64,000 bases of DNA from an uncultured Desulfarculus sp. Its GTDB lineage: Bacteria > Desulfobacterota > Desulfarculia > Desulfarculales > Desulfarculaceae. Below the pieces are notes generated by a model. The model worked only from the letters and a program-made list of their open reading frames with translations, was not told the DNA's origin and made no database searches. This document shows positions 8,056 through 18,033 of the stretch, piece after piece; position 1 is the first letter of the stretch; each line of letters begins with the position of its first letter. The stretch is from positions 800,001-864,000 of the forward strand of contig CAXXUK010000002.1 of NCBI GenBank assembly GCA_963665125.2, given 5' to 3'. A program made the position numbers and the translations under genes.

Positions 8056-10005
8056 ATGCCTGAGCCGCTGTGGAAACCCGCGCCCCAAAGGGTGGAGCGG
8101 GCCAATATGACCCGTTTCATCCGCTTCGTCAACGACCGCCAGGGCACCGATTTCCATGATTACGCCGCCCTTTATCAATGGTCCATCGACAGCCGGGCCG
8201 AGTTTTGGTCGGCCGTGTGGGATTTTGGCGGAATCAAGGCCTCCAAACCGGCCGAACAGGTGCTCACGGGCGGCGACAAGATGCCCGGAGCCAAGTGGTT
8301 CGTCGGTTCGGAACTGAACTTCGCCGAAAACCTGCTGCGCTACAACGACGACAAGACGGCCCTGGTCTTTTGCAACGAGGTGGGCCACAACCGCAGCCTG
8401 ACCTATGCCCAGCTCAATACTGCCGTGCGGCGTCTGGCCGCCTCTCTGCGGGCCCTTGGCGTGCAAAAGGGCGACCGGGTGGTTGGTTTCATCCCCAACA
8501 TGCCCGAGACCATAGCGGCCATGTTGGCGGCCACCAGCATCGGGGCCATCTGGTCCAGTTGCAGCCCGGACTTCGGCTTCCAGGGCGTGATGGACCGCTT
8601 CGGCCAGATCCAGCCAAAGGTGATGTTCTGCGCCGACGGCTATTTCTACGGCGGCAAGGTCTTCGACTGCCTGGAGCGGGCCGCCCACGTGGGCCGGGAG
8701 ATCGGTTCCCTGGAACGCATCGTGGTCATTCCCTACACCACCGAAGCGCCCGACGTGTCGAACGTGCCAGGCGGCGTCTTGTGGGATGATTTTCTGGCCG
8801 ATGACGCCCCGGCCCTGGAATTTGAACAGACGGCCTTTGATCACCCGGTGTACATCATGTATTCCTCGGGCACCACGGGCGTGCCCAAGTGCATTGTCCA
8901 CGGCGCGGGCGGCACCCTGATCCAGCACCTCAAGGAACTGATCCTTCATTGCGACCTGGGCCGGGAAGACAAGATTTTCTATTTCACCACCTGCGGCTGG
9001 ATGATGTGGAATTGGCTGGTCAGTTCCCTGGCCGTGGGGGCCACCTTGGTCCTCTACGACGGCAATCCGTTCCATCCGGGCCCCGAGGTCTTGTGGAAGA
9101 TGGCTCAGGACCAGGGCGTGACGATCTTTGGCACCTCGGCCCGTTATCTGGCGGCCCTGGAAAAAAGCGGCCTGCGTCCGGGCGAGCAGTTTGACCTCGG
9201 CGACCTCAAGGCGATCCTCTCCACGGGTTCGCCCCTGGCTCCGGAGCAGTTCGAGTGGGTCTACGAGGCCATAAAGGGCGAACTGTGCCTCAGCTCCATC
9301 AGCGGCGGCACCGACATCATCAGCTGCTTTGCCGGCGGCAACCCCATCGCCCCTGTGTACGCGGGCCAGTTGCAGGCCCCGGGACTGGGCATGGCCGTGC
9401 AGGCCTGGAGCTTTGACGGCAAGGCCATGTGGGGCCAAAAGGGAGAGCTGGTCTGCGTCAAGGCCTTCCCCTCCATGCCGGTGTATTTCTGGAACGACGA
9501 GGACGGCGCCAAATACCGGGCGGCCTATTTCGAGCGGTTCGACAATATCTGGCACCACGGCGATTTCTGCGAGATGACGCCCCAGGGCGGCGTGATCATC
9601 TACGGCCGTTCCGACGCCACCCTCAACCCCGGCGGCGTGCGTATCGGCACGGCCGAGATCTACCGCCAAGTGGAGGCCATGAGCGAGATCGCCGACAGCC
9701 TGGTGGTGGGCCAGCAGTGGCAGGGCGACGAGCGGGTCGTCTTGTTCGTGAAAATGGCCGAGGGCAAGGTCCTGGATGACGAGATGACCGCCAGGATCAA
9801 GTCCACCATCCGGGCCAACACCACGCCGCGCCACGTGCCGGCCCGCATCGTGGCCGTGGACGACATCCCCTACACCATCAGCGGCAAGAAGGTGGAAATG
9901 GCCGTGCGCAACGTGATCCACGGCCAGCCGGTCTTGAACAAGGACGCCCTGGCCAATCCCCAGGCCTTGGATCTCTATGCCGACCGGGAGGAGTTGCAGC
10001 GTTAG
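8056..10005 (+). CDS. Acetoacetate--CoA ligase
   Basis: YSSGTTGVPKCIVHG, FTTCGWMMWNWL, SISGGTDI, GRSDATLNPGGVRIGTAEIY, SGKKVE motifs. Confidence 0.93.
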   Translation: MPEPLWKPAPQRVERANMTRFIRFVNDRQGTDFHDYAALYQWSIDSRAEFWSAVWDFGGIKASKPAEQVLTGGDKMPGAKWFVGSELNFAENLLRYNDDKTALVFCNEVGHNRSLTYAQLNTAVRRLAASLRALGVQKGDRVVGFIPNMPETIAAMLAATSIGAIWSSCSPDFGFQGVMDRFGQIQPKVMFCADGYFYGGKVFDCLERAAHVGREIGSLERIVVIPYTTEAPDVSNVPGGVLWDDFLADDAPALEFEQTAFDHPVYIMYSSGTTGVPKCIVHGAGGTLIQHLKELILHCDLGREDKIFYFTTCGWMMWNWLVSSLAVGATLVLYDGNPFHPGPEVLWKMAQDQGVTIFGTSARYLAALEKSGLRPGEQFDLGDLKAILSTGSPLAPEQFEWVYEAIKGELCLSSISGGTDIISCFAGGNPIAPVYAGQLQAPGLGMAVQAWSFDGKAMWGQKGELVCVKAFPSMPVYFWNDEDGAKYRAAYFERFDNIWHHGDFCEMTPQGGVIIYGRSDATLNPGGVRIGTAEIYRQVEAMSEIADSLVVGQQWQGDERVVLFVKMAEGKVLDDEMTARIKSTIRANTTPRHVPARIVAVDDIPYTISGKKVEMAVRNVIHGQPVLNKDALANPQALDLYADREELQR

Positions 10006-10107
10006 AAGGACAAGTAACATTGCCAGTAGCAGGACGGAGGCCTTTGAATTGTCATGGGCCTTGCGTCCGGTTTTCTATGTGGCCGCATAGCACCAGGGGT
10101 ATATCGA

Positions 10108-11307
10108 ATGCCTTATGATTTCATCTTTGCCGGAGCCGGTCCGGCCGGCCTCACCGGGGCCATTTGCGCGGCAAGACAAGGCCGCCGCTGTCTGCTTATC
10201 GACAAAAAGCAGTCACTGGAGCTTCATCCCCGCGGCGAGACTCTGCGCCACAGGCCGATCCTGGATGAAATTCTGGGCGCCGGGGTTATGGACGGCATCA
10301 CCATAGCGGCAACGCCGCATGTGGAATATTTCGCACCTCAACCGGAAAAGGTCGAGAAGATCGCCCTGCAAACCAAAACGCCCAACCTCACCTTTGAATG
10401 GCGCGATTTCATGGGGGCCTTTGAGCGGCAACTGGAACCACTGGACGTTGATGTGGTTATGGAAGCCGAAGTCGTTGACTTGACCAAAGATGACAACGGC
10501 GTTGTCGCCGGGGTTGTGTTCCGGGATGCCAAGGGCGACAGGCATTCGGCCAGGGCCGGTGCGGTTTTTGCCTGTGACGGGCACGACAGCTTCATTGGCC
10601 GGAAGCTGGGCGTGGATTATAAATATCAAAACTATCCCATCGTCAAATCGCTATTCAAGAGGGCATCCTTTGACAGCCCGGCGTTTAAGTTCTTCTTCCT
10701 TCCCGCCGGTTGCCTGGACTTTGCTCCGGATTTTCCGCCGGCCGTAGCCTTTCTTTTCCCCAGGGACAAGACCAACTGCGAGGTGGGATTTTTGGTCGAG
10801 GCCAGAGCCGCGGACAAGCTGGGCTGCGCCATGCCCGGACCCGGCGAGTTGCTTGAAGTCCTGGGGCAAGTAATCAAGAAACACCCCGTTATCAGCAATA
10901 TGCTCAAAGGTGCCGTAAACGAGATCATGGAAGTCACCATGCTGCCCATGGGCGGCCCCCGGGAGAACGTCATTCCTGCAAAGGGAGTGGTGTTGCTAGG
11001 TGATGCGGCGGGCTTTGTGGAGACATTCGGCGGCAGCGGCCTGATTTCCTCCATGGAGTCCGCAAAATTCTGGGTCAACCAACTCATTGAGTTGCAGGCC
11101 GGTTCCGCATCGCCGGAACCGCTGTGGCAGGACCGGACAGTTCAACAATTGACCGCGGCATACAGCAGCTCAGGCATTTACAGACATATCAAGAAAATCG
11201 CCGATTACAACAACGCGGCCTGGAATAGCTTGTTCGTGGAACTGCGAACCAGCGAGAGGATCGTGGAGAACTGGCAAATAATACGGGCTGCGTTAGATAT
11301 TTATTGA
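10108..11307 (+). CDS. FAD-dependent oxidoreductase (geranylgeranyl-reductase/FixC-like)
   Basis: GAGPAG, ACDG, LLGDAAGFV...GGSG motifs. Confidence 0.8.
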   Translation: MPYDFIFAGAGPAGLTGAICAARQGRRCLLIDKKQSLELHPRGETLRHRPILDEILGAGVMDGITIAATPHVEYFAPQPEKVEKIALQTKTPNLTFEWRDFMGAFERQLEPLDVDVVMEAEVVDLTKDDNGVVAGVVFRDAKGDRHSARAGAVFACDGHDSFIGRKLGVDYKYQNYPIVKSLFKRASFDSPAFKFFFLPAGCLDFAPDFPPAVAFLFPRDKTNCEVGFLVEARAADKLGCAMPGPGELLEVLGQVIKKHPVISNMLKGAVNEIMEVTMLPMGGPRENVIPAKGVVLLGDAAGFVETFGGSGLISSMESAKFWVNQLIELQAGSASPEPLWQDRTVQQLTAAYSSSGIYRHIKKIADYNNAAWNSLFVELRTSERIVENWQIIRAALDIY

Positions 11308-11442
11308 TTTGTCAAAAAACGTCCCCGGCCGTAGTGGAATAACGACTGGCCCCAACCGAAGCGAAAAACCGTCTCGGTCGGGGCCACTGTGGTTTATCGG
11401 TACACTGAGTGTTGCCCCCGCTTTGGGAACCCAAGCATTGGG

Positions 11443-12171
11443 TTAGTCGAAGGCCTGGGTGACTTTCCATTCCTTCCAGACATTGCCCACCAGATCGGGA
11501 CCAGGTTTGAGGACGGCCTTGCCGGGCCTCCACCCGCTTGGCGTGGCCTGGGAGCCCTTGCTCTCGCGCACGATCTGGAAGGCCTGGATCTGCCGCAGGG
11601 TTTCGGCCACGTTGCGGCCCACCGGCGGGGTGAGCACCTCAAAGCCCTGGATCACACCGTCGGGGTCGATGAGGAAGCGGCCCCGGACGTCAACGCCGGC
11701 ATCGGCGTCATAGCAGCCATAGGCCTGACCCAGGTGGCCGCCCGCGTCGCTGATCATTGGGAAGGGCACCTGGCCGTCGACCATCTTGGAGATTTCGTGG
11801 TCCACCCACATTTTGTGGACAAATACGGAATCGACGCTTACGGAAAGGACCTGTGCGCCCAGCTTCTGGAACTCGGGGAATTTATCGGCGACCGCCGATA
11901 TCTCGGTAGCTCAAACAAAAGTGAAATCACCGGGGTAGAAACACAGCACAACCCATTTGCCCAGGTATTCGCTGAGCTTTACGGACTGGAATTTGCCTTC
12001 GTAATAACATGGGGCCTCGAAATCGGGGGCCTTTTTGCCGACCTGCACCATTTTCTTTACCTCCGGAGCGGCCTGGGCCTGCTGGGCCGGGGCCTGTTGT
12101 TCAGGAGCTTTTTCCGCACCGACCACACCTCCAGTGGGCCTCGCGCAACCGACCGGTTTTTCTTCCGGCAT
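11443..12171 (-). CDS. prxU: Selenocysteine-containing peroxiredoxin (AhpC/Prx1-type), 242 aa with UGA read-through
   Basis: ORFs 11911..12171 and 11443..11811 are in frame. [16 protein letters not shown] puts UGA (11911-11913) exactly at the peroxidatic Cys position. SECIS-like hairpin follows. Confidence 0.93.
11883..11900 (-). promoter_or_regulatory. Bacterial SECIS-like hairpin
   Basis: UAUCGGC-GGUC-GCCGAUA stem-loop beginning 10 nt after the UGA, with G-G-U in the apical loop. Confidence 0.8.
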
Positions 12172-12332
12172 GACAGTCTCCCTTTGTTGGGTTTGAGTTG
12201 ATATCTATAGGAATCATACGCAGGTAATTGGGCGGATGTAAAGAAAATGCCTATATATCTGTTATTGACATGAGATTGTCATGATTCTCCGGGGAAAAAG
12301 TTGTCTGGCGCCGAGATGGTTGTTCTGATAAA

Positions 12333-12362
12333 TTGTCAACCTAAAAAAATAACGGTTGACGA
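12333..12362. promoter_or_regulatory. BirA operator
   Basis: TTGTCAAC-N14-GTTGACGA immediately upstream of bioB. Confidence 0.85.
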
Positions 12363-12374
12363 TAGGAGCCTGCC

Positions 12375-13367
12375 ATGGACCTCGCACTGCAACCCGACCC
12401 AAACGGCAGCGACAAGGCCGCGCCCAGCCTGGAGCAGGCCGCCGCCTGGCTGGAACCGGGCGATCTGGCCGAATTGGCCCAACTCATGGCAATCGCCTGC
12501 CGCCTGGGCCAAAAACACCAGGGCGATAGCGTCGAACTGTGCGCCATCACCAACGCCCGCTCGGGCCAATGCAGCGAAGATTGCGCCTTTTGCGCCCAGA
12601 GCGCTCATCACAAGACCAACGCCCGGTCGTATCCGCTGCTCAAAGCGGGCGATATCGCTGCCCGGGCCCGCCAGGCCGCGTCCGACGGGGCCCAACGCTT
12701 CGGCATCGTCACCAGCGGCAGGGGCTGCCCCACCGGCGCGGACCTTGACGAAATCTGCCGGGCCATAGAGGCCATCCGCGCCGACGGCATGATCGCGCCC
12801 TGCGCCTCGCTGGGCCTGCTAAAACCCGGCCAGGCCAGGCGCTTGGCCGACGCTGGCCTGAGGCGCTATCACCACAACCTGGAAGCCGGGCCCAGCTATT
12901 TTCCCCGCATCTGCACCAGCCACGGCTTTGAACAGCGGGTGGAGACGGTGCATTTGGCCCGTGCGGCCGGCCTGGAGGTCTGCTGCGGCGGCATCGTGGG
13001 CATGGGCGAGACGCCCTTGCAGCGGGCCGAGCTGGCGGCCGCCTTGGCCGGGCTGGAGCCCGAGAGCATTCCATTGAATTTTCTGAGCCCCATCGCCGGA
13101 ACCCGCCTGGGGCATTTGCGGCCCATGACGGCCCTGGAGGCCCTGGCGGCCGTCAGCGTATTCAAGGTTTTCGCCCCAAAATCCCGGATTCGCACCTGCG
13201 GCGGCCGGGCCCAGATTCTGGGCGAGCTTTCGCCCCTGCAATACCTGGCCGGGGCCGGCGCCACCATGACCGGCGACTACCTGACCACCTCCGGGCCGCT
13301 TACGGCCAAAGATCTGGTTGTCATCGAGGCCCTGAACCTGAAGCAAAGCAATCTGAACCAGGACTGA
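12375..13367 (+). CDS. bioB: Biotin synthase
   Basis: CSEDCAFCAQS radical SAM motif, YHHNLE, CCGGIVGMGE, SIPLNFL. Confidence 0.95.
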   Translation: MDLALQPDPNGSDKAAPSLEQAAAWLEPGDLAELAQLMAIACRLGQKHQGDSVELCAITNARSGQCSEDCAFCAQSAHHKTNARSYPLLKAGDIAARARQAASDGAQRFGIVTSGRGCPTGADLDEICRAIEAIRADGMIAPCASLGLLKPGQARRLADAGLRRYHHNLEAGPSYFPRICTSHGFEQRVETVHLARAAGLEVCCGGIVGMGETPLQRAELAAALAGLEPESIPLNFLSPIAGTRLGHLRPMTALEALAAVSVFKVFAPKSRIRTCGGRAQILGELSPLQYLAGAGATMTGDYLTTSGPLTAKDLVVIEALNLKQSNLNQD

Positions 13368-13373
13368 AATATA

Positions 13374-14705
13374 ATGAGCAATACCGCGGAAATCCTGCAC
13401 AAGGACCTGGCCAATGTTTGGCATCCGTTCACCCAGCACAAGGCGTGGCCCGATGAGCCGCCCCTGGTCATCACCAGGGGCCAGGGCAATTGGCTCTTTG
13501 ACAGCGAGGGCCGCCGCTATTTCGACGGCGTAAGCTCGCTTTGGGTGACCGTGCACGGCCACGCCGTTCAGGCTGTCAACCAGGCCATCAAAGAGCAGAT
13601 GGATGAACTGGACCACTCCACCATGCTGGGCCTGACCCACCCCAAGGCCGCCGAACTGGCCCAGGTTCTGGCCCGGATCACCCCGGACGGTCTGACCAGG
13701 GCCTTTTATTCGGAGAGCGGCTCCACGGCCGTGGAGATCGCCCTGAAGATGGCCTATCAGTATTGGCAGCTCAAGGGCCACAAACAAAAACGCACCTTTG
13801 TCTCCCTGGCCGAGGCCTACCACGGCGACACCATCGGCGCGGTGAGCATCGGCGGCATCGACCTGTTCCACGAGGTCTACCGGCCCCTGTTGTTCGACAA
13901 ATACACGATCGCCCAGCCCACGATTCGCAGGCCCGGCAGCGCCCGGCAGTCCATAGCCGATTTGGAGGCCATCCTGGCCGAACACGCCGACGAGGTCTGC
14001 GCCCTGGTTATCGAACCCCGCATGCAGGGCGCGGCGGGCATGCACTTGCAGCCCCGGGGATACCTGGCCAAGGTCTGCAACATGACCAAGGAGGCCGGGG
14101 TGCTGGTTATAGCCGACGAGGTGGCCACGGGCTTCGGCCGCACCGGCCAGATGTTCGCCTGCGATCTGGAGGACGTCGAGCCGGACCTGATGTGCCTGGG
14201 CAAGGGCCTCACCGGCGGTGTGCTGCCCCTGGCCGCCACCATGACCACCGAGGCTGTCTTCGAGGCCTTTCTGGGCGACTTCGGCGAGTTCAAGCACTTT
14301 TTCCACGGCCACACCTACACCGGCAACCCCATCGCCTGCGCGGCGGCCCTGGCCAACATCGCGCTCATGGAGCGAACCGACATTTTGGCCAACGTGCGCC
14401 GGCGGGCGGCCCAGCTCCAGGCCGGGCTTGCCGAAATTGCCGAGTTGCCCCACGTGATCCAGGTGCGGCAACAGGGCCTGATGGCCGGGATCGAGATCGT
14501 TGCCGACAAGGCCGACGATACGCCGTATGACCCGGCGGAGCGCATGGGCCACCGGGTGATCATGGCCGCCCGGGAGCACGAGATCATCATCCGGCCCCTG
14601 GGCGATACGATCATCCTGATGCCGCCCCTGGCCAGCAGCGAGACCGAGATCGACCATTTGTTGGCCGGGGTCAAGGCCGCCATAATCCAGGTCACCGGGG
14701 AATAG
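13374..14705 (+). CDS. bioA: Adenosylmethionine-8-amino-7-oxononanoate aminotransferase
   Basis: WHPFTQ, DGVSSLW, YHGDT, DEVATGFGRTG, KGLTGG, HGHTYTGNP. Confidence 0.96.
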   Translation: MSNTAEILHKDLANVWHPFTQHKAWPDEPPLVITRGQGNWLFDSEGRRYFDGVSSLWVTVHGHAVQAVNQAIKEQMDELDHSTMLGLTHPKAAELAQVLARITPDGLTRAFYSESGSTAVEIALKMAYQYWQLKGHKQKRTFVSLAEAYHGDTIGAVSIGGIDLFHEVYRPLLFDKYTIAQPTIRRPGSARQSIADLEAILAEHADEVCALVIEPRMQGAAGMHLQPRGYLAKVCNMTKEAGVLVIADEVATGFGRTGQMFACDLEDVEPDLMCLGKGLTGGVLPLAATMTTEAVFEAFLGDFGEFKHFFHGHTYTGNPIACAAALANIALMERTDILANVRRRAAQLQAGLAEIAELPHVIQVRQQGLMAGIEIVADKADDTPYDPAERMGHRVIMAAREHEIIIRPLGDTIILMPPLASSETEIDHLLAGVKAAIIQVTGE

Positions 14706-14707
14706 CC

Positions 14708-15886
14708 ATGAACGCATCGCTGGATATCCTGGCCGGGCGCATGGACGCCCACAAGGCCGCCGGACTGCACCGCTGGCTGCGGGACGTGGGGCCTGCCAAC
14801 GGCCCCAGGGTGACGGTGGAGGGCCGGAACGTGCTATTGATGGCCGGCAACGACTACCTGGGCCTGAGCCGCCACCCCCGCCTGGCATTGGCCGCCGCCG
14901 ACGCCTCATTGGCTTACGGCTCTGGTAGCGGGGCCAGCCGCCTGGTCTCGGGTCACCAGACGGGCCACGCCGGGTTGGAGGGGCAGATCGCGGCCTTCAA
15001 GAAGACCGAGGCGGCCCTGTTCTTTTGCACCGGTTACATGGCCAACCTGGGCTGCATCGGCTCGTTGGCCACCAGGGGCGACTACATCGTCAGCGACGAA
15101 CTGAACCACGCCAGCCTGATAGACGCCTGCCGCCTGAGCCGGGCAGCGGTCAAGGTCTACGATCACGCCGACGCGGCCATGGCCGATGATCTGCTGGCCC
15201 AAGGGCCGGACGGGGTGGTCAAGCTCATTGTCACCGACGGCGTGTTCAGCATGGACGGCGACCTGGCTCCCTTGCCGGAGCTGTTGGCCGTTGCCCGAAA
15301 GTACGGCGCGCTGCTGGTCATCGACGACGCCCACGCCACGGGGGTCTGGGGCGCCACTGGCCGGGGAACGCTGGAGCACTTCGGCCTTGAGCCCGCCGGG
15401 GACATCATCCAGGTCGGCACCCTGAGCAAGGCCCTGGGCGGTCTGGGCGGTTTCGTGGCCGCATCGGAGCCGGTCATCGACCTATGCATCAACAAGGCCC
15501 GTTCGTTCATCTTCACCACCGCCGCGCCCCCGGCCCAAGTGGCCGCCGCCGCCGAGAGCTTTCGCCTGGTGGACGACGAGCCCGAACTGCGCGCTCATTT
15601 GCATGAGCTGTGCGGATTGCTGCGTGAGTTGCTGGCCGCCGAAGGCCTGCGGTGCGTTTCCGACGCCGGGCCGATTATCCCCATCATCATCGGCGGGGCC
15701 CAGGAGTCCCTGGCCGTGGCCCGGGGCATCCTGGAGCGCGGCGTCTTGGCCCCGGCCATCCGGCCGCCCACGGTGCCCCACGGGGCCAGCCGGATCAGGG
15801 TGGCGGTCAGCGCGGCCCACACCGGCGAGGACATGCATCACGCGGCCTGGGCCATCAGCCGGGCCGTCAAGGAGGCCAGGGCATGA
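14708..15886 (+). CDS. bioF: 8-amino-7-oxononanoate synthase
   Basis: NDYLGL, GSGASRLVSG, NHASLID, DGVFSMDGD, GTLSKA, IRPPTVP. Confidence 0.95.
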   Translation: MNASLDILAGRMDAHKAAGLHRWLRDVGPANGPRVTVEGRNVLLMAGNDYLGLSRHPRLALAAADASLAYGSGSGASRLVSGHQTGHAGLEGQIAAFKKTEAALFFCTGYMANLGCIGSLATRGDYIVSDELNHASLIDACRLSRAAVKVYDHADAAMADDLLAQGPDGVVKLIVTDGVFSMDGDLAPLPELLAVARKYGALLVIDDAHATGVWGATGRGTLEHFGLEPAGDIIQVGTLSKALGGLGGFVAASEPVIDLCINKARSFIFTTAAPPAQVAAAAESFRLVDDEPELRAHLHELCGLLRELLAAEGLRCVSDAGPIIPIIIGGAQESLAVARGILERGVLAPAIRPPTVPHGASRIRVAVSAAHTGEDMHHAAWAISRAVKEARA

Positions 15887-16581
15887 GCGAACCACGGGGT
15901 CTGTTCATCGCGGGCACGGACACCGATGCGGGCAAGACCATCGCGGCGGCGGCAATCATCGTCGGTCTGCGGGCCAGGGGCGTGGCCTGCGGCTACCTGA
16001 AACCCGTGGGCACCGAGGCCGTGGATGTGGATGGCAGGCCGGTGAACCCCGACGCGCTGTTTGTCAAGGAAATGGCCGGGCTGGACGAACCGGCCTGGGA
16101 GCTGAACCCCTATTGCCTGCAAGCACCTCTGGCGCCTCTGGCCGCGGCCAGGGCCGAAGGCGTGGAGGTGCCGTATGAAGACGTGGTGTGCAACACCGTA
16201 ACCTTTTGCCGGGCGCGGGAATTCACCATTGTCGAGGGGGCGGGCGGCGTGCTGGCGCCCCTGGCCCAAGGCAGGCTGATGCTGGATCTGATGGCGGCGG
16301 TTGGCCTGCCGGTATTGGTGGTGGGCCGGGCCGGGCTGGGCACCATCAACCACACCCTGTTGACCATCCGGGCGGTGCGGAGCGCCGGGCTGAGAGTGAC
16401 CGGGTTCTGTTTCAGCGGCGGTGAAAATGACGACGCCTCCGCCCATTCCAACCCGGCCCTGGTGGCCGAGTTCAGCGGCGCGCCGTATCTGGGCACGCTG
16501 CCCCGGCTGCCCGAGCTTACGGCCCAGGCGCTACGGGATGCGGCGCTGGAGGCGTTGGATTTGAACGGTATGATCGGCTAA
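15883..16581 (+). CDS. bioD: Dethiobiotin synthase
   Basis: GTDTDAGKT, KPV, EGAGG, LGTINHTLLT; ATGA overlap with bioF. Confidence 0.95.
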   Translation: MSEPRGLFIAGTDTDAGKTIAAAAIIVGLRARGVACGYLKPVGTEAVDVDGRPVNPDALFVKEMAGLDEPAWELNPYCLQAPLAPLAAARAEGVEVPYEDVVCNTVTFCRAREFTIVEGAGGVLAPLAQGRLMLDLMAAVGLPVLVVGRAGLGTINHTLLTIRAVRSAGLRVTGFCFSGGENDDASAHSNPALVAEFSGAPYLGTLPRLPELTAQALRDAALEALDLNGMIG

Positions 16582-18032
16582 TCCCGCCACAGGCCGGGGA
16601 TGACCAAGACCAGCACGGTGTAGATCTCCAAACGGCCCACGATCATCACCACCGACAAGAGCCACTTGGCCGCCTCGGGCAGGCTGGAGTAGTTTCCCGT
16701 GGGCCCGACGATATCGCCAAGGCCGGGGCCGATATTGCCCAGGCAGGCGATGGAGGCGCTGAAGGAGGTGGTCACGTCAAGGCCCATGGCCGCCAGGGCC
16801 ACGCCGGTGGCGGCGAAGCAGAACAGATACAGGGCCACGAACGACCAGATGGCCGCCACGATCTGCTTGTCCACCATGCGGCCGCCGATCTTCACCGGGT
16901 TGACCATGCGCGGGTGGATCAGCCGGGAAAACTCGCGCAGGGATTGCCTGATGAGGATCATGATCCGCAGGACCTTGGGCCCGCCGCCGGTGCTGCCCGC
17001 CGAACCGCCCACGAACATCAGGACCATGAGCAGAGACAGGGCCAAAGGCGGCCACAGGCCATAGTCGGCCGTGGCGAAGCCGGTGGTGGTGATGATGGTG
17101 GCCACCTGGAAAAAGGCCAGGCGCAGGCTCTGCTCGATGTGCTCTTCTCCCCAGAACCACAGCGAAGCCGCGATGACCAGGGAAAAGGCGGCGAACGTGT
17201 AGGCGTAAAAGCGCCATTCGTCGTCTCGGAACATGGCCTTCCAGTCCCGCTGGGCGAACATCTGGAAATGCAGGGTGAAGTTTACACCCGCCAGGAACAT
17301 GAACAGGGTGATGACCCATTGGATAAACGGGCTGGTATAGAAGCCCACGCTGGCGTTTTTGGTGGAAAAGCCGCCCGTGGCCATGGTGGCGAAGGCGTGG
17401 CATACCGAGTCGAAGACATCCATGCCGCCCAAGAGCAGCAAGAGGGCCTCGGCAAAGGTCAACAGGGCATAGACCTTCCACAGCACCTTGGCCGTGTCGG
17501 CGATGCGCGGGGCCAGGCGGTCCGGAGTGGGCGAGGGGACCTCGGCCTTGTAGAGCTGCATGCCGCCCACGCCCAAAAACGGCAGGATGGCCACGCCAAG
17601 GACGATGAAGCCCATGCCGCCCAACCAGTGGGTCAGGGCCCGCCAGAACAATACGCACTTCTGGGCGCCTTCCACATTGGTCAGCACGCTGGCCCCGGTG
17701 GTGGTGAAGCCGCTGGCCGATTCGAACACCGCGTCGGCAAGGGTGAGAAAGTCGCCCGAGAGCAATAGCGGCACGCCGCCCATGAAGCCCGAAATCAGCC
17801 AGGCCAGGCCCACGATGGCCATGCCCTCGCGGTGGTTGAGTTCCTTGGGCCGCTTGTCGTTGAAAGACCAGTAGAGTACCAGGCCCAAGATGCCGGAGAT
17901 AAAGGCGCCGCCCAAAAAGGCCAACCAGCCCGGTTCGCCGTAGATCAGGGCCACGCCCATGGGCAGCAGCATGCACAGGCCCAGGCCAAGGCAGATCAGG
18001 CCGAGGATGCTTATGGTGAATGCTACTTTCAA
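16578..18032 (-). CDS. trkH: Trk potassium uptake membrane protein
   Basis: SGFTTTGAS, WLGGMG, TGGFS, TTTGF, GSTGGG, GNIGPG, GRLEI motifs. Confidence 0.95.
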   Translation of the reverse strand: MKVAFTISILGLICLGLGLCMLLPMGVALIYGEPGWLAFLGGAFISGILGLVLYWSFNDKRPKELNHREGMAIVGLAWLISGFMGGVPLLLSGDFLTLADAVFESASGFTTTGASVLTNVEGAQKCVLFWRALTHWLGGMGFIVLGVAILPFLGVGGMQLYKAEVPSPTPDRLAPRIADTAKVLWKVYALLTFAEALLLLLGGMDVFDSVCHAFATMATGGFSTKNASVGFYTSPFIQWVITLFMFLAGVNFTLHFQMFAQRDWKAMFRDDEWRFYAYTFAAFSLVIAASLWFWGEEHIEQSLRLAFFQVATIITTTGFATADYGLWPPLALSLLMVLMFVGGSAGSTGGGPKVLRIMILIRQSLREFSRLIHPRMVNPVKIGGRMVDKQIVAAIWSFVALYLFCFAATGVALAAMGLDVTTSFSASIACLGNIGPGLGDIVGPTGNYSSLPEAAKWLLSVVMIVGRLEIYTVLVLVIPGLWRD

Positions 18033-18033
18033 T

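Noticed and set aside
8014..10020. Long antisense ORFs (e.g. 8014..10020 -, 12819..14909 -, 27567..29951 +, 59356..60858 -, 62280..63569 -)
   Set aside because: They are shadows of well-supported genes on the opposite strand, expected at high GC3, and carry no recognisable motifs.
11443..12171. Peroxiredoxin pseudogene (premature stop)
   Set aside because: The UGA sits at the catalytic Cys position, the frame continues, and a SECIS-like hairpin follows, so Sec recoding explains it better.
12206..12224. PerR/Fur-like box (TATAGGAATCATACGCAGG) upstream of prxU
   Set aside because: Only one half-site resembles the motif. Plausible from context but too weak to call.
15652..15882. Extended N-termini given by the ORF track (bioD from 15652, SnoaL from 5807, MBL from 6791, moaD from 44618, lipS2 from 52262, lgt-like from 36354)
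   Set aside because: They overlap upstream genes or lack an RBS; downstream starts with an SD or ATGA coupling fit better.
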